64,000 bases of DNA from Candidatus Binatia bacterium. Its GTDB lineage: Bacteria; Desulfobacterota; Binatia; UBA9968; JAJDTQ01. Below the pieces are notes generated by a model. It was not told the origin of the DNA. It did no database searches and worked only from the letters and a program-made list of their open reading frames with translations. The DNA lies in assembly GCA_963666515.2 (NCBI GenBank), contig OY762897.2, forward strand, positions 192,001 through 256,000. The letters run 5' to 3'. This document shows, piece by piece, positions 1-9,523 of the stretch; the stretch's first letter is position 1, and each line of letters begins with the position of its first letter. The translations under genes were made by a program, and so were the position numbers.

Positions 1-281
1 AGAACGTTTCTGTCCCGGACTCCGGCAATATGGGCATACGCTGGAACATCAACTTCCAAATATCATGATAAATGGAAGTGCCACAAGCAAGAATCCCGTG
101 TTGGAAACTGCTGTCCGAGTTCATGGTTGCGGGAAACCTGCAAATCGGGTGCGCTGGTGCTATGCTAACGGGTTTCTGGCTGGTGAGGGCAGGGTGTCCG
201 CTGACGCCCGTGCGTATTCCCCCTGAGAACACTTCATCGCGCCGGCCGGCTTGAGACGAATTGGGAAGCGGGAACCACCCC

Positions 282-2213
282 ATGGGGAGCCAGGACGTAC
301 AACGCGACGAGGACGCCGTCGAGTTGCGCTCGTTCATTGCGCACCTGCTACGGGATGTGCAGGCGCTGGAGCGGATGCTCGACGAGGGTATGATCGAGTC
401 CGGGGTGCACCGGATCGGGGCGGAGCAGGAGGTGTTCCTGGTGGACGCGGCCCGGCGGCCGGCGATGCTGGCCATGGAGCTGCTGGAGCGGGTGGCGGAC
501 CCCCATTACACCACCGAGCTGGGGCTGTTCAACCTGGAGATCAACCTCGATCCGCTTTTGTTCGGCGGCGACTGCCTCAGCCGGCTGGAGGGGCAGCTCG
601 AATCCACCCTGCAACGGCTCAGGGAGGCGGCCCGCGAGCACGGCGCCGAGGTGGTGCTGGTGGGTATCCTGCCGACCCTGCGCAAATCCGACCTGGCGAT
701 GGCGCACATGACCCCGAGGCCGCGCTACCGGGCGCTCAACGCGGTGCTCACCCAGCTCCGGGGCGGCGACTACGAGTTCCGGCTCAAGGGCGCCGACGAG
801 TTGAGCATCCGGCACGACTCGGTGATGCTGGAATCCGGGTGCACGAGCTTTCAGGTGCACTACCAGGTGGACCCCGCGGAGTTCGCCCGGTGCTACAACT
901 TGGCTCAACTCGTGACCGCGCCGCTCCTGGCCGCGGCGGCCAACTCGCCGCTCCTGTTCGGCCGCAGGCTGTGGCGCGAGACCCGCATCCCGCTGTTCCA
1001 GCAGTCCATCGACACCCGCAGGGCGGGCCATCACATGCGCGAGCGCGCGGCCCGGGTGAGCTTCGGCCAGAACTGGGTGCGCGAGTCCATCCTGGAATTG
1101 ATCCGGGAAGACCTGGCGCGCTTTCGCGTGCTGCTGGGGGCGTCTTTGGAGGAGGACTCGCTGGAGGTGCTGGCCCGGGGCGGACTGCCGACGCTCCAGG
1201 CGTTGCGCACCCATACCGGCACGGTCTACCGCTGGAACCGGGCCTGCTTCGGCACCGGCGAGGGCAGGGCCCACATCCGCATCGAGAACCGGGTGCTGCC
1301 ATCGGGTCCCACGATCCTGGACGAGGTGGCCAACGCCGCCTTCTTCCTGGGCATGCTCCGGGGCGGGGCGGAGGCGTACGGCGACGTGGGCGGGACCATG
1401 CCCTTCCACGACGCCGAGGCCAACTTCCTGGCCGCGGCGCAGCGGGGCCTGAGCGCCCAGTTCACCTGGGTGGACGGCGCGACCGCGCCCGCGGACGACC
1501 TGATCCGCCGGGAGCTGCTGCCGCTGGCATGGCAGGGGCTGCGCTCCGCCGGTCTCGATTCCGCGGACGTGGACCGCTACCTGGGGGTCATCGAGCAGCG
1601 GGTGGCGTCACGCCGGAACGGCGCCTCCTGGCTGCTGCGCTCGCTCGCGGACATGCAGGGTGCGGACACGCAGGACGCCCTGTTGAGCGCCCTCACCGCG
1701 GCGACCGTCACCCGGCAATGGGAGGGAACGCCGGTGCACGAATGGCCGTTGGCGAAAGTCGAGGAGGGCCGCGGCGGCAAGCCCCAGGCCCTGCGCATCG
1801 AGGAGTTCATGACCACGGACTTGATCACGGTCCACCCGGACGAACCGATGGACCTCGTGATCCGGCTCATGGACTGGCGGCGCATCCGCCACGTGCCGGT
1901 GGAGGACGAGGACGGCAAGGTGGCGGGCCTGCTCTCTTGCTTCGAGGCCCTGCGGCAGTGGGCGCCGGCCGCGCCCGACGCGGACGGTGAGCCGGTGCCG
2001 GTGCGGGAAGTCATGCAGCCGGATCCGGTGACCATCGCTCCGGAGGCCACGGTCACTCAGGCGGTGGCGCGGATGCGGGAGGCACGGAGCGACTACCTGC
2101 TGGTGGTCAAGGAGGATCGGCTGGTGGGGATCGTGACGGAAAGCGACGTCCTTCAGCTTACGGCGCGCCTGCTGGAGCAGCTCGCCGGCGAGGACGGTGC
2201 GGATGGCGGCTGA
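282..2213 (+). CDS. Glutamate-cysteine ligase family (GCS2-like) carboxylate-amine ligase with C-terminal CBS pair
   Basis: GAEQE, ELGLFNLEIN, SFQVHYQ, NSPLLFG..LWRETR, HIRIENR ligase motifs; C-terminal tandem CBS (IEEFMTTDLITV..IRHVPV..LVGIVTESD). Start set at ATG 282 (track starts 261). Confidence 0.85.
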   Translation: MGSQDVQRDEDAVELRSFIAHLLRDVQALERMLDEGMIESGVHRIGAEQEVFLVDAARRPAMLAMELLERVADPHYTTELGLFNLEINLDPLLFGGDCLSRLEGQLESTLQRLREAAREHGAEVVLVGILPTLRKSDLAMAHMTPRPRYRALNAVLTQLRGGDYEFRLKGADELSIRHDSVMLESGCTSFQVHYQVDPAEFARCYNLAQLVTAPLLAAAANSPLLFGRRLWRETRIPLFQQSIDTRRAGHHMRERAARVSFGQNWVRESILELIREDLARFRVLLGASLEEDSLEVLARGGLPTLQALRTHTGTVYRWNRACFGTGEGRAHIRIENRVLPSGPTILDEVANAAFFLGMLRGGAEAYGDVGGTMPFHDAEANFLAAAQRGLSAQFTWVDGATAPADDLIRRELLPLAWQGLRSAGLDSADVDRYLGVIEQRVASRRNGASWLLRSLADMQGADTQDALLSALTAATVTRQWEGTPVHEWPLAKVEEGRGGKPQALRIEEFMTTDLITVHPDEPMDLVIRLMDWRRIRHVPVEDEDGKVAGLLSCFEALRQWAPAAPDADGEPVPVREVMQPDPVTIAPEATVTQAVARMREARSDYLLVVKEDRLVGIVTESDVLQLTARLLEQLAGEDGADGG

Positions 2214-3144
2214 TTCCCCCGGTTCCGGGCACGTCTTCCCGCGGCTTCTGGGCAGGTACGGCGGCGGCACCGCCGGCCCGCTGGTGATCGGCATCGGCGG
2301 CATGCACGGCAACGAGCCGGCCGGCGCGCTGGCGCTCCAACAGGCGTTGCGGGCGCTACGGGCGGCCGAGGCGCCGTTCCGGGGCTCCTTCGTCGCGCTT
2401 GCCGGCAACCGCGCCGCCCTCGCCCGCGGCTGCCGCTACATCGACGAGGATTTCAATCGCGCGTGGTCGCGCGAACGCGTCATCCGGCTCAGGAGCCGCT
2501 GCCCGTCCCCGGACGCGACCTCCGAGGAACTCGAGCAGCGCGACCTGCTGGCGCGCCTGGACGCCGAGCTGGCGCGGCGCCGCGGGCCGGCCGTCTGTCT
2601 GGATCTGCACACCACCTCGGCCGCGGGCACCCCGTTCGCGGTCATCGGCGACACGCCGCAGAACCGGCGGTTCGCCTTTCGCCTCCGCGCTCCGGTGGTT
2701 CTCGGCCTGGAAGAGCGTCTGGAGAGCACCATCCTGAACCATCTGGGCGAGGAGGGGCACGCGGCCGTGGGTTTCGAAGGGGGACAGCATGATTCGCCGT
2801 CCGCCGCGGCCATCCACATGGCGGTCATCCGGACGGTGCTGTTGACCGCGGGGTGCATACGGACCGGGGACCTGCCGCCACCGGCCCACACGGACGCGGA
2901 CCCGGACGCGCCGCCGCCGGTGGTCGAGGTCCGCCATCACCACGTGATCCGGGAAGGCGACGAATTCGTCATGGAGCCCGGGTTCACGAACTTCCAGCCG
3001 GTGGAGCGCGGACAGGTCCTGGCCCGCGACCGCCGGGGACCGATCCTCGCCGCCGAGTCCGGCCAGATCCTCATGCCGCTCTACCAGGGACAGGGGACCG
3101 ACGGCTTCTTCCTCGTGAGGCGGGTCGAGCGCCTCCTGCCGTAG
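2203..3144 (+). CDS. Succinylglutamate desuccinylase/aspartoacylase family (M14 zinc) deacylase
   Basis: HGNE, DFNR, DLHTT and FEGGQH motifs; C-terminal biotinyl-like GFTNFQPV segment; overlaps the upstream stop. Confidence 0.85.
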   Translation: MAADSPGSGHVFPRLLGRYGGGTAGPLVIGIGGMHGNEPAGALALQQALRALRAAEAPFRGSFVALAGNRAALARGCRYIDEDFNRAWSRERVIRLRSRCPSPDATSEELEQRDLLARLDAELARRRGPAVCLDLHTTSAAGTPFAVIGDTPQNRRFAFRLRAPVVLGLEERLESTILNHLGEEGHAAVGFEGGQHDSPSAAAIHMAVIRTVLLTAGCIRTGDLPPPAHTDADPDAPPPVVEVRHHHVIREGDEFVMEPGFTNFQPVERGQVLARDRRGPILAAESGQILMPLYQGQGTDGFFLVRRVERLLP

Positions 3145-3275
3145 CGATCCGGCCCTTCCGAGCCGCCTGTCCCGCCCCCAAATCGCCCGCCTCAGGGACC
3201 TTGCAACCCGTCCACAAATGAAGTAGGTAGGGCGCTTGCTCTACGGGGAAGATTGAGAACGCGCAGTTCGATACC

Positions 3276-5126
3276 GTGACTTATACGAGAACAATTGCCG
3301 CAGCAGCGGCCCTTTTGATCGGGGCAAGCAGTTGGCTTGCCGCCGGGACCGCGGCCGCGCAGCCGCCGCCCGAGGTCAGGACGGCGTCGTTGAGCGTGCC
3401 GGACGCCGCGGAGGCGCGTGCGGGCAGCCTGCCGAAGCTGCTGTCCGGGCATGATGCGTCTCTGTACCGGAGGATTTTCGCGCTTCAGGAGGAAGGGCAC
3501 TGGAGCCGGGCCGATGCCTTGATCAAGCGGCTTCGGGACCCGCTGCTCATGGGCCATGTGCGGTTCCAGCGCTTGATGCATCCCACCCTTTACCGGTCGT
3601 CCTACGGAGAGCTGTGGACCTGGATGGAGGCGTACGCGGACCATCCGGGCGCCCGGCGAGTCCACCGGCTGGCCAAGCGGCGTCAACCCAAGGGCTGGAA
3701 GTCGCCGCGGTCTCCGGCCCGGGCGGTGCTGGTATCCGATCTCAAGTCCGACCCGGCGCCGGCGGCCCCGCAGGCGCGCGCCGGCGGCCGACGCCAAGCC
3801 TCAGCGGATGCCGGGGACCGTTCGAGGCGGGACCCTCAGGCGGTCCGCAAGGTCCACAGACAGATACGGAGGATGGTGTCCGGCGGCTACGTGACAAGGG
3901 CCCTCCGTTTCCTGGAGCAACCGCGCCACGTCCGTTTGCTGGACGCCGCCAGCTTCGACGAGAACCTGGCGTGGATTGCCAGAGGATACTACTTCTGGGA
4001 CAAGGACCGCAAAGCGTTGAAGGTTGCAAGGCGCGCGATTGCGCGGTCGGGAGACCGGGTTCCGCTGGCCTACTGGTGGGGCGGTCTGGCGGCGTGGCGC
4101 CTGGGACAATACGGTGATGCGGCGAAGTTGTTCCGGGCGTTGGCCGAGTCGAAGTCGATGACGCCGTGGCTGGTATCCGCGGGCGGCTACTGGGCGAGCC
4201 GCGCGTACCAGGTGACCGGCGACTCGGGGCAGGTGGGGGCCATGTTGCGAATCGCCGCCGGGCACCCGCGGACGTTCTACGGGCTCCTGGCCGTTACAGC
4301 CCTCGGAGAGCGGGCGCCGCTGGATTTCGGCCTGCGCAGGCTCAGCGCCGCGGACGTCAACGCCTTGCTGGGAATGCAACCCGTGCGTCGGGCTCTCGCG
4401 CTGACTCAGGTCGGCCAGCACGTCCGGGCGGGCGCCGAGTTGAGGCGATTCGCCCACCGCCTGTCGCCCCGGCTGGCGCGGGTGGTCCTGGCCCTGGCTT
4501 CGGAGTCGGGACTGGCCGACCTCTCCTATCAGGCCGCTGAGAGCCTGCTGCAGCGGACCGGCGTCACCGTGGACGCGGGGCTCTATCCGCTGCCGGTGTG
4601 GGAGCCCGACGGCGGCTACGTGCTCGACCGCGCGTTCCTGTTCGCCGTGATGCGGCAGGAGTCCAATTTTCGTGCCGGCGCCCGCAGCTCCCGCGGCGCC
4701 AGAGGCCTGATGCAGCTCATGCCGCGGACCGCCGGGGTCATGGCCGGCCGGAAGTACCGCGGGGCCGAGCGCCGGCAACTGCTGGACCCGGTGCTCAACG
4801 TCACCCTGGGTCAGAAGTATCTTCGCTACCTGCTTTCGCGGGAGGACGTCGACGGCAACCTGTTCTACGCGTTGACGGCCTACAACAGCGGTCCGGCAAA
4901 GCTCCGGGAGTGGCAGCGCAGGGTTGACTACCGGGACGACCCGCTGTTGTTCATCGAGAGCATTCCGAGTTGGGAAACGCGCATCTTCATCGAACGGGTG
5001 CTGACCAACCTGTGGATCTATCGCATCCGGTTCGGACAGGCGACGCACTCCCTCGAGATCATCGTGTCAGGCGGCTGGCCCACCTATGTCCCGCTGGACC
5101 GCCGGCGCCCGCCCGCCCGCTCCTGA
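3276..5126 (+). CDS. Soluble lytic transglycosylase (SLT domain, Slt70-like)
   Basis: Signal peptide, helical N-region, RQESNF catalytic Glu, GLMQLMPRTA, AYNSGP, ETR motifs. Confidence 0.9.
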   Translation: MTYTRTIAAAAALLIGASSWLAAGTAAAQPPPEVRTASLSVPDAAEARAGSLPKLLSGHDASLYRRIFALQEEGHWSRADALIKRLRDPLLMGHVRFQRLMHPTLYRSSYGELWTWMEAYADHPGARRVHRLAKRRQPKGWKSPRSPARAVLVSDLKSDPAPAAPQARAGGRRQASADAGDRSRRDPQAVRKVHRQIRRMVSGGYVTRALRFLEQPRHVRLLDAASFDENLAWIARGYYFWDKDRKALKVARRAIARSGDRVPLAYWWGGLAAWRLGQYGDAAKLFRALAESKSMTPWLVSAGGYWASRAYQVTGDSGQVGAMLRIAAGHPRTFYGLLAVTALGERAPLDFGLRRLSAADVNALLGMQPVRRALALTQVGQHVRAGAELRRFAHRLSPRLARVVLALASESGLADLSYQAAESLLQRTGVTVDAGLYPLPVWEPDGGYVLDRAFLFAVMRQESNFRAGARSSRGARGLMQLMPRTAGVMAGRKYRGAERRQLLDPVLNVTLGQKYLRYLLSREDVDGNLFYALTAYNSGPAKLREWQRRVDYRDDPLLFIESIPSWETRIFIERVLTNLWIYRIRFGQATHSLEIIVSGGWPTYVPLDRRRPPARS

Positions 5127-5235
5127 CCCGGAAAGGGGCGGCCCCGTCCCGCCAGTGCTTGCAGTCCGCTCGCCGGTGCGATAGTGCTGAGCGCATCTCA
5201 ACCGGTAGCTCCGGAAACGATTCACACGGGAGGTC

Positions 5236-6282
5236 ATGATGAGGACGCATCCGCAAATCCGCGGGGTCACGCTTTTCGTTGCATTTGCCGCGCTGGTCTT
5301 CACCGGCTCCATCGCCGTTGCGGCCGACTACTACGCCGGCAAGACCATCACCATCGTCTGTCCCTATTCCACCGGCGGCACCTACGACCGCATGTCGCGG
5401 CTGGCGGCGAAGTTCCTGCCCAGGCACATACCGGGCAACCCGGCCGCCATCGTGCACAACCGTCCCGGCGCCGGCGGCGTCATCGGGCTGCGGTCGGTCT
5501 ACAAGGCCAAGCCCGACGGCCTGTCGCTGATCCACTTCACCAGTCCCATGGTGGTGCGGAGCCTCACCGGCGGCATCGAGGACATCGACTTCAAGAAGCT
5601 CACGTGGCTCGGCAGCGTGGGCGGCGCGCACTACATCTTCGCGATCCGTTCCGACCGGCCCGAGCGCAGCATCCAGGACTTCCAGACGACCAAGACGCCC
5701 GTTCGCGTCGGCGCGTCCGGGCCGAGCTCGCTGCTGACCCAGGCGCCGAAGTTCCTGCAGCGCGCCGGCAAGTTCAACCTCCGGCTGGTGCCGGGCTACA
5801 AGGGCTACAATCCCATGGCGCTGGCGATGAAGCAGAACGAGGTGGACGCCGTCTCCACCGCGGGGGTGGCCATCAGGGTCAACACCGCGACGCGGGAGAT
5901 GCACAAGGACGGCACCATCAAGCTGGTGCTGTCCATGGGCGGCGCCCCGCCCCCGGCGCCCCTCAAGGCGGAGGTAGCGGCGCTGCCCAAGTTCGTCGAC
6001 GCCATCGCCGACCCCAAGGACCGCGACGCCTGGGTGGCGTTCTCGGGGCTCCTGAGCGCCAGCCGCCCGTTCGCGGCGACCCCAGGACTGCCGGCGGAGC
6101 CGGCCGCCATCCTCAAGAAGGCCATGGCGGACATGATGGCGGACCCCGAGTTCGTGAAGACCGCCACCGACCAGGGGTTCGTGCTGAACACGTTGAACTC
6201 CCAGGAGGCGGAGAAGCTGATCCTCTCGGTTTTCAACCTGCCCGCGGAAATACAGGACCGGTTGAAGGCGCTCCTGAAGTAG
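5236..6282 (+). CDS. tctC: Tripartite tricarboxylate transporter substrate-binding protein (Bug/TctC family)
   Basis: Signal peptide, YYAGKTITI..GGTYD, NRPGAGG, AKPDG, GYKG motifs; precedes tctA/tctB. Confidence 0.85.
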   Translation: MMRTHPQIRGVTLFVAFAALVFTGSIAVAADYYAGKTITIVCPYSTGGTYDRMSRLAAKFLPRHIPGNPAAIVHNRPGAGGVIGLRSVYKAKPDGLSLIHFTSPMVVRSLTGGIEDIDFKKLTWLGSVGGAHYIFAIRSDRPERSIQDFQTTKTPVRVGASGPSSLLTQAPKFLQRAGKFNLRLVPGYKGYNPMALAMKQNEVDAVSTAGVAIRVNTATREMHKDGTIKLVLSMGGAPPPAPLKAEVAALPKFVDAIADPKDRDAWVAFSGLLSASRPFAATPGLPAEPAAILKKAMADMMADPEFVKTATDQGFVLNTLNSQEAEKLILSVFNLPAEIQDRLKALLK

Positions 6283-6297
6283 CCGCGTTTGAACCGA

Positions 6298-6324
6298 GCG
6301 TCCCGCGTCCGCAACGCGGGGCGC
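6298..6324 (+). other. Intergenic hairpin between tctC and tctA (likely mRNA-stabilising)
   Basis: GCGTCCCGCGT-CCGCA-ACGCGGGGCGC inverted repeat, no U tract. Confidence 0.45.
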
Positions 6325-6333
6325 TTCCGCGAA

Positions 6334-7809
6334 ATGGCTTTTGAGGCCTTCTTCGAGGCCCTCGGCATCACCTTCACCCTGCCGGTGCTCGGCGGGATGC
6401 TGCTGGGGTTGCTGCTGGGGCTCGTCTTCGGTGCGGTGCCGGGCCTGAACGCCGTGCTCGGCATCGTGCTGCTGCTGCCGTTCGTCTGGACGCTGTCGCC
6501 CTTCGTGGCGTTCGCCATCATGCTCTCGCTGGTGTCGGCGGTGCATACCTCCAACACCTTCCCGGCGTTCTTCTTCAACGTGCCCGGCAGCCCCAGCGCC
6601 GCCGCCACCATCCTGGACGGCTATCCCATGGCCCGCAACGGCGACGCCGCCCGCGGTCTGACCGCGGCCTTCATGGTCTCGGCCGTGGGCGGCGTCATCG
6701 GCGCGCTGGTGCTGCTCATCGCGCTGCCGGCGCTCCAGCCGGTGGTGCTGGCCTTCGCGGCGCCGGAGCGGTTCATGCTGGTGGTGCTGGGCATCCTCAT
6801 GATCAGCTTCCTCAGCGGCGTGAAGCCGGTGAAGGGGCTGCTGGCCGGCGCCCTGGGCCTTTGGCTCGGCACCGTCGGGCAGGACCCGCAACTGGGGGTG
6901 GCGCGGTTCACCTTCGGTTCGGACTACCTGCTGGACGGGCTCAAGACCGTGCCCATCATCATGGGGTTGTTCGCGCTGCCCGAGGTGGTGTCCCTGGCCA
7001 TCCGCGGGCGCATCGCGGAGCGGACGCACGTGGATATGGGCGAGGGGTTCCGGCCCGGCCTCCGGGCGTGCCTCCTGAACCGCTGGCTGGTGGTGCGGAG
7101 CGCGGTGGTGGGGGTGGTGGGCGGCGCCATCCCGGGCATCGGCGGCACCGCCGCGGCCTTCTACGCCTACGGCATGGCGGTCCAGGGGGCGGAGGGCGCC
7201 GACCGTGAGCGCTTCGGCAGGGGCGAGATCAAGGGCGTCATTGCGCCCGAGAGCGCCAACAACGCCTCCGCGGGCGGAGAGCTGGTGCCGCTGCTGGCGT
7301 TCGGCGTGCCCGGCGGCGCCACCTCGGCCATCCTGCTGGCCGCCTTCCTGATCCTCGGCGTCAATCCCGGTCCCGAGATGCTCGGGGAAAAGCTCTCCCT
7401 GAGCTTCTCCATGGTCATCGTGCTGGTGCTGTCGAACCTCCTGGCCACCGCGGTGTGCATCGCCATCACCCGTCCGGCCGCGCGCATCGCCTTCCTCAGG
7501 AGCAACCTGCTGATCCCGGCGCTGATGCTGTTCGTGCTGTTCGGCTCCTACGTCGCCTATCCCCACCCCTACACGCTGGTGCTCACGCTGGCGTTCGGCG
7601 TGCTGGGTTACCTGATGATGCGGTTCGATTGGGCCCGGGCGCCGTTGCTGGTGGGGTTCATCCTGGGCCCGCTGGCGGAGAACAACCTGGCCATCTCGCT
7701 GGCAAGCTACGGTGCGGCTTTCCTGGTCCGGCCGATCCCGCTGGCCTGTATGGCGGTGATGGCGCTGGTGGTCTTCGTGGCGGTGCGCCGGGGGATGGTC
7801 CGGAAATGA
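6334..7809 (+). CDS. tctA: Tripartite tricarboxylate transporter large permease
   Basis: GAVPGL, NVPGSPSAAATILDGYPMA, APESANNA, GVPG motifs; multi-TM. Confidence 0.92.
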   Translation: MAFEAFFEALGITFTLPVLGGMLLGLLLGLVFGAVPGLNAVLGIVLLLPFVWTLSPFVAFAIMLSLVSAVHTSNTFPAFFFNVPGSPSAAATILDGYPMARNGDAARGLTAAFMVSAVGGVIGALVLLIALPALQPVVLAFAAPERFMLVVLGILMISFLSGVKPVKGLLAGALGLWLGTVGQDPQLGVARFTFGSDYLLDGLKTVPIIMGLFALPEVVSLAIRGRIAERTHVDMGEGFRPGLRACLLNRWLVVRSAVVGVVGGAIPGIGGTAAAFYAYGMAVQGAEGADRERFGRGEIKGVIAPESANNASAGGELVPLLAFGVPGGATSAILLAAFLILGVNPGPEMLGEKLSLSFSMVIVLVLSNLLATAVCIAITRPAARIAFLRSNLLIPALMLFVLFGSYVAYPHPYTLVLTLAFGVLGYLMMRFDWARAPLLVGFILGPLAENNLAISLASYGAAFLVRPIPLACMAVMALVVFVAVRRGMVRK

Positions 7810-8249
7810 GCGCCGGCCGCGAAATCGCCCTGGGCTGCGCCGTCGCTGCGCTGTTCGCCGCCGTGGTCTTCACTGCCGCGGACTGGCAGCCGGAGACCGC
7901 CACGTTTCCCCTGCTCATCGGCGTCACCGGGCTGGGGCTGTCCGTCTGGACGGTCGCCGGAGATGTGCTGCGCTGGCGGAAAGGGTCCGGCGCGGGAGAC
8001 GGCACCCGCGCCGAGGACACCGCCCGTGCCCGCGCGGCGTTCGGCTGGATCGCGGTGTTCTTCGCCCTGGTGCTGCTGACCGGCTTCCGCTTGGGACTGC
8101 CCCTAGCGGTGCTGGCATACTACCGGCTGGAAGCGCGCGTGGGCTGGGTCGCCGCGGTCAGCGCCGCCGTCGTGTGCGCGGCTTTCCTGCACGTGGCGGT
8201 GGTCTACCTCTACCTGCCGCTGTATGCAGGCGTCCTGTTCGAACCCTAG
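7806..8249 (+). CDS. tctB: TctB-like small membrane subunit
   Basis: ATGA overlap with tctA; 4-5 hydrophobic segments, FPLLIG motif and LPLYAG C-terminus. Confidence 0.75.
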   Translation: MSAGREIALGCAVAALFAAVVFTAADWQPETATFPLLIGVTGLGLSVWTVAGDVLRWRKGSGAGDGTRAEDTARARAAFGWIAVFFALVLLTGFRLGLPLAVLAYYRLEARVGWVAAVSAAVVCAAFLHVAVVYLYLPLYAGVLFEP

Positions 8250-8277
8250 GAGGTTGTCGGGAAGCTCCGAGCCCCGC

Positions 8278-9396
8278 TCAGATCCCGTAGAGCCGTTTCG
8301 GGTTGGCGTTGAGGATCTTCTCCTTGGCCGATTCGCTGATGTCCTGCCGCTTGTGAAACTCCCGCACCGCGAAGCGGTCCCGGTCGCCGTGGGGCATGTC
8401 CGAGCCGAAGACGACGCGGTCGTCGCCCACCAGCTCCAGCACCTGCGGCAGCAGCGGGTCCTCCACCTCGGTGCTGAGGAACAGGTTGCCCCGGCTCATG
8501 TACTCCGCGGGGGAAACCGCGGCCCGGGGCGCGGCCTCGGGAATGGATTTGCCGAAGCGGTTGGTGAACGCGAAGCGGTGCTCCAGCCGGTCCATGAGGA
8601 AGTGGACCCAGAGGCAGCCGGCTTCCAGGAACGCCACCCGCAGGGTCGGGAAGCGGTCCAGCACGCCGCCGGTGATCATGGCCGTGAACCCCATGAGCAG
8701 CGGCACCAGGAACGGGATGATGGTGCCGGGGTACAGGTGGTCGTACATGTTGCTCAAGGGCGGGCACGACCATCCCACGTGAACGGCCAGCGTCAGGTCC
8801 TCTTCCGCCAGCGCTTCGTAGAAGGGGAAGAAACTCGGGTGGTCCAGGGTGCGCTCGCCCACGGTGCCGAGGATCATCACCGCCACCGCTCCCAGGCGCT
8901 TGGCCTCGCGCACCTGCTCCACCGAGGCGGGGACGTTGTCCAGGTCCACGACGGCTGCCCAGTGAAGCTGTTCGGTGGAGCCGGTGGCGTCCGCGAGCCA
9001 GCGGTTGTAGGAGCCGCACAGGGCCGCGCCGAGACCGGGATCGTCCACCAGCGGATGGACCAGGAAGAAGCTCGGGTAGATGACCTGCACGCCCAGGTCC
9101 TCGTCGGCCATGTCCTTGAGGCGCGCCTCCGGGTGGCTGATCTCGATGCTCTCGATGCTTTCCGGCTTGGACGCGGTGTAGAAAGAGCGTTGCCCTTCGT
9201 AGTGGGCCGGCGTTCCCATGTTGTGGCAGCCGCGCCCGAACAGCCGGGGGTATATCTGGTCTTCCACGCGCCAGTAGAGCCGCCCTTCCGAGTTGACCAC
9301 CTGAGGTCTGCGCTTGCGGAATGCCGGGTCCAGGTAGGTGTCGCTGAAAGTGGCCGGAGACTCTTCCACGTGCGCGTCGGCGTCGATTACGATCAT
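8278..9396 (-). CDS. Amidohydrolase_2 family metal-dependent hydrolase/decarboxylase
   Basis: IDADAHVEE, YNRWLAD, VHVG, FLEAG, FGSDMPHGD; SD GAGGA upstream. Confidence 0.88.
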   Translation of the reverse strand: MIVIDADAHVEESPATFSDTYLDPAFRKRRPQVVNSEGRLYWRVEDQIYPRLFGRGCHNMGTPAHYEGQRSFYTASKPESIESIEISHPEARLKDMADEDLGVQVIYPSFFLVHPLVDDPGLGAALCGSYNRWLADATGSTEQLHWAAVVDLDNVPASVEQVREAKRLGAVAVMILGTVGERTLDHPSFFPFYEALAEEDLTLAVHVGWSCPPLSNMYDHLYPGTIIPFLVPLLMGFTAMITGGVLDRFPTLRVAFLEAGCLWVHFLMDRLEHRFAFTNRFGKSIPEAAPRAAVSPAEYMSRGNLFLSTEVEDPLLPQVLELVGDDRVVFGSDMPHGDRDRFAVREFHKRQDISESAKEKILNANPKRLYGI

Positions 9397-9523
9397 TGGA
9401 GGGTCCTCCTCTTTGTCCAGTGGACCGTGCCGTGGCACGATCGTGGGACACGACACTAGAGAACGCACCCATACCGCAAATCCGAAACGAGAGGCAAGAA
9501 GACGGCCGGACCGGGAGGTGATC

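Noticed and set aside
1-281. ORF 72-254, a possible divergent gene starting at 38 (minus) and a possible sigma54 site
   Set aside because: No recognisable product; the minus ORF runs off the window; the GG-N10-GC spacing does not fit. Treated as a promoter region.
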